Shown one piece after another: positions 61,436 to 64,000 of a stretch of 64,000 bases of DNA. The first letter of the stretch is position 1; each line of letters begins with the position of its first letter. The DNA lies in NCBI GenBank assembly GCA_029944565.1, contig GCA_029944565.1_4115.1; one strand, 5' to 3'. The DNA is from a phage. The position numbers and the translations under genes are program-made. Below the pieces are notes generated by a model, which was not told the DNA's origin, searched no databases, and saw nothing but the letters and a program-made list of their open reading frames with translations.

Positions 61436-61466
61436 TGCCAGTACTTGATGCTGGCTTTTCTTTTTT
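61436..61466 (+). terminator. rho-independent terminator
   Basis: hairpin gccag-N9-ctggc followed by T-run. Confidence 0.6.
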
Positions 61467-61501
61467 GTATTAAATATAGTATAATGAATAAGGAGGGATT
61501 T

Positions 61502-62611
61502 ATGTTACCTTTTGGAAGAATGGTTAAGTACGGAAATATTGTACCTGGTCCTAAAAATATAATTAAAGTTGGTGCTTCTACACAAGGTCAATTCTTATTG
61601 ACTGATTCACATGATTTATATTACATAGGTAGAAATCAAGGTGGTGAATCTGGAAATGGTAATACCAACACGGTATCTTCATGGATATTAGTAAGTGCAG
61701 ATGTTTCTAATTTTTTCGTGGGTGATCGTACACTTGTTATTATTAAAAATGATAATACGATATGGACATCAGGTCAAACGTACTGGTTCTCATCTTCTAC
61801 AACTACTTCTTACAGTACTGTATTAGTTGAAAGGACTAGTTGGTTTACCACGGCTATACCAGTAAGTGAGATTGCTAATATTGTATGTACAAATGGTTTA
61901 ATATTTGTACTTAGCACTAATTCAGTACTCTATGGTGCAGGAGATAATGGATATCGTGGTTCTTTGGGTATTGGTTCATCATCAATTTATACATTAACTC
62001 AATGTGCTACGAACGTTCGTAAAGTAATGACCAATGCGAATGATAGTATGTATCTTACATTAGATAATAAGCTATATAGTTCTGGATGGAATAGTAGTGG
62101 GCAGCATGGTACGGGGAACCAAACACAAATTAACACTTGGGGATTGCGTAGTTCTGGTGTAATCGATGCAGCCATTGGTGGTAATGCATTAAATTACTAT
62201 AATGGTACATCATATTTCGTATGTGGTCAAACTCCAAACTTTCTTAGTTCAGGTACGACTACATTCCGTGCAGTTCCTGTAAGTACTTTGCCTAATAGTT
62301 CTCCGTTGTTTATGACGAATTCACCTGCATTAAATACTGCTACACAAATGGTAATTACTAGTACATATCAAAAGGGTGTTGGGGCGAACCGTGGTTTGGG
62401 ATTAAACAATTCTCAAACTGGTGCTATATATAGTGCTACCAATTTACAATTACCCGTTGAAGTTAGTGAGATTAGGGATGTTCTTTTTAGTGATGGTTTG
62501 ACATCGATATTAACCAAAAATGGAGATGTGTATAGTACTGGATCGTATTACGCCATTCCAGGTGCAATCGAGGATGTTGCAGTCTTTACTAAAATTGATT
62601 TACCAAAATAA
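61502..62611 (+). CDS. RCC1-like repeat protein, family D copy 2
   Basis: motifs LYGAGDNGYRGSLGIG and LYSSGWNSSGQHGTGN; start MLPFGRM. Confidence 0.55.
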   Translation: MLPFGRMVKYGNIVPGPKNIIKVGASTQGQFLLTDSHDLYYIGRNQGGESGNGNTNTVSSWILVSADVSNFFVGDRTLVIIKNDNTIWTSGQTYWFSSSTTTSYSTVLVERTSWFTTAIPVSEIANIVCTNGLIFVLSTNSVLYGAGDNGYRGSLGIGSSSIYTLTQCATNVRKVMTNANDSMYLTLDNKLYSSGWNSSGQHGTGNQTQINTWGLRSSGVIDAAIGGNALNYYNGTSYFVCGQTPNFLSSGTTTFRAVPVSTLPNSSPLFMTNSPALNTATQMVITSTYQKGVGANRGLGLNNSQTGAIYSATNLQLPVEVSEIRDVLFSDGLTSILTKNGDVYSTGSYYAIPGAIEDVAVFTKIDLPK

Positions 62612-62615
62612 CATA

Positions 62616-62647
62616 ATGCCAGTGCTTGATACTGGCATTCTTATTTG
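62616..62647 (+). terminator. rho-independent terminator
   Basis: hairpin atgccagt-gcttgat-actggcat followed by T-rich tract. Confidence 0.6.
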
Positions 62648-62681
62648 TATTAAATATAGTATAATGAATAAGGAGGGAAAT

Positions 62682-63830
62682 ATGTTACCTTTTGGAAGAA
62701 TGATTAAGTACGGAAATATTGCACCTAACCCGCCTGATCCTAGTACACGTTTTAAAATATATTCCGGCGGTAGTGCTATGTATTTTCATGATACATACAC
62801 GAAAAATTTGTATGCATCAGCGGCAGTCAGTCAGGGTACTGGAACTGGTGTAGCGTCGAGTAAATTTATTCTTAGTGCGACTAATGTTAAAAGAGTCCTT
62901 TTGGAAAATAACAGTAGTGGTTGTCAATTATATGAAGAAGACGGTACTGGAAAAGTGTTTATAACTGGAAGTCCGAGTGCGTTTTCTGGTTCAGGTGCAT
63001 ATTATAACACGTGGACAGATTGTACTTCATGGATAACATCCAGTGGTATTAATGTTTCTGATATAAAATACATGAGTAGTTACAGTGATCTTAAAGTGAA
63101 TTTGATAACAACTGATGGTACTTTATATTGCTGCGGAACAAACAGCACATCAACCAGATCATCTTTTGGTAATGGCACAAATACAAATTCATTTAACGCC
63201 TTTGTTAAGATTGAAGCCATATCATCGGTAAAAAAAGCTGTTGGTAACATATACCTAAAAGAAGATAATACATTATGGGGTTGTGGTATTAACACTTACT
63301 ATCAGTTAGGGACAGGCAATCAAACTGCTAGTACTGGTGTTGTTAGAATACAGACTAATGTTATAGATGTCGATGTAAGTTATCAGAGTACATTTTTTAT
63401 TAAAGATGATAATAAATTGTACGCTTGTGGTACACAATATGGAGTATCATATGGTAATGAATTCGGCACAGGCACAACACTTAAGCAATACACAACACCA
63501 ACTTTATTGAATTCGGATGTACAGAATATATACTGTTGTGTTGGTAATATGGCTTCACATATTCTCAGATTTGGGACTACAATATTTGCATCTGGGGTTA
63601 ACACTGGTGGGCAATTGGGTGTTGGTAATCTTACAAATCAGTTCTATTATACCAAGTCTTATGAAAATTTTAATAGTTCTTACAGTTTAGTACTGAATAA
63701 CATCGGTAGTTTGATTCTCACAGATGAAGGGAAGTTATTTTATACTGGTTTTTCCAATCTAGTAATGGGTGGAAGTTCTGGGCAGTACACTACAAGATAT
63801 ACCGAAGTTGATATGTCATTTATACAATGA
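62682..63830 (+). CDS. RCC1-like repeat protein, family D copy 3
   Basis: close paralog of copy 1 (LWGCGINTYYQLGTGN, IFASGVNTGGQLGVGN). Confidence 0.55.
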   Translation: MLPFGRMIKYGNIAPNPPDPSTRFKIYSGGSAMYFHDTYTKNLYASAAVSQGTGTGVASSKFILSATNVKRVLLENNSSGCQLYEEDGTGKVFITGSPSAFSGSGAYYNTWTDCTSWITSSGINVSDIKYMSSYSDLKVNLITTDGTLYCCGTNSTSTRSSFGNGTNTNSFNAFVKIEAISSVKKAVGNIYLKEDNTLWGCGINTYYQLGTGNQTASTGVVRIQTNVIDVDVSYQSTFFIKDDNKLYACGTQYGVSYGNEFGTGTTLKQYTTPTLLNSDVQNIYCCVGNMASHILRFGTTIFASGVNTGGQLGVGNLTNQFYYTKSYENFNSSYSLVLNNIGSLILTDEGKLFYTGFSNLVMGGSSGQYTTRYTEVDMSFIQ

Positions 63831-63833
63831 ATT

Positions 63834-63866
63834 AAAGCCAGTACTTGATACTGGCTTTTATTTTTT
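63834..63866 (+). terminator. rho-independent terminator
   Basis: hairpin aaagccagta-cttga-tactggcttt followed by T-run. Confidence 0.65.
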
Positions 63867-63900
63867 GATTAAATATAGTATAATGAATAAAGGAGGAATT

Positions 63901-64000
63901 ATGTTACCTTTTACAAGAATGGTTAAGTACGGGAATAAAGTCATTCCATATGTTCCCAATTTTACTAAATTAGTCACCCCAGCAGTTGGTTATTCATTTA
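63901..64000 (+). CDS. RCC1-like repeat protein, family D copy 4 (3' truncated by window)
   Basis: same promoter/RBS box and N-terminus MLPFTRMVKYGN. Confidence 0.5.
   Translation, partial: MLPFTRMVKYGNKVIPYVPNFTKLVTPAVGYSF

Noticed and set aside
1-64000. Mobile element, integrase or transposase
   Set aside because: No recognisable integrase or transposase motifs and no terminal inverted repeats flanking a gene; the duplications look like array recombination.

Overview
AT-rich (~33% GC) 64-kb segment that reads as part of a large lytic dsDNA phage. Nearly all coding is on the minus strand until 60.2 kb, then switches to the plus strand. Layout: (1) 0.7-29 kb, ~50 tightly packed, translationally coupled paralogous genes (family A, 100-225 aa) sharing a C-terminal module around EE[LY]FQ-S-[TL]V; (2) 29-35.2 kb, ~27 tandem paralogs of a ~70-aa protein (family B, LGTNYQE motif), with four more scattered in the family A array; (3) 35.4-53.8 kb, early-gene-like cluster of ~50 small genes, most with their own near-consensus sigma70 promoter (TTGACA/TTGCAA-16/17-TATAAT) and a 5' leader GC hairpin; (4) 53.9-55.8 kb, gene-free control region with iterons, tandem 10-bp repeats, palindromes, Chi octamers and rightward promoters; (5) 55.8-60.2 kb, ~19 tandem ~60-aa paralogs (family C); (6) 60.3-64 kb, four tandem plus-strand genes with RCC1-like repeats. 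No tRNA, rRNA, CRISPR array or recognisable mobile element found. Only a kinase-like protein, a TraR/DksA zinc finger, a GNAT-like protein and the RCC1-like proteins have tentative functions. Coordinates of regulatory sites are hand-mapped and may be off by a few nt; all homology statements are by eye, not by search.
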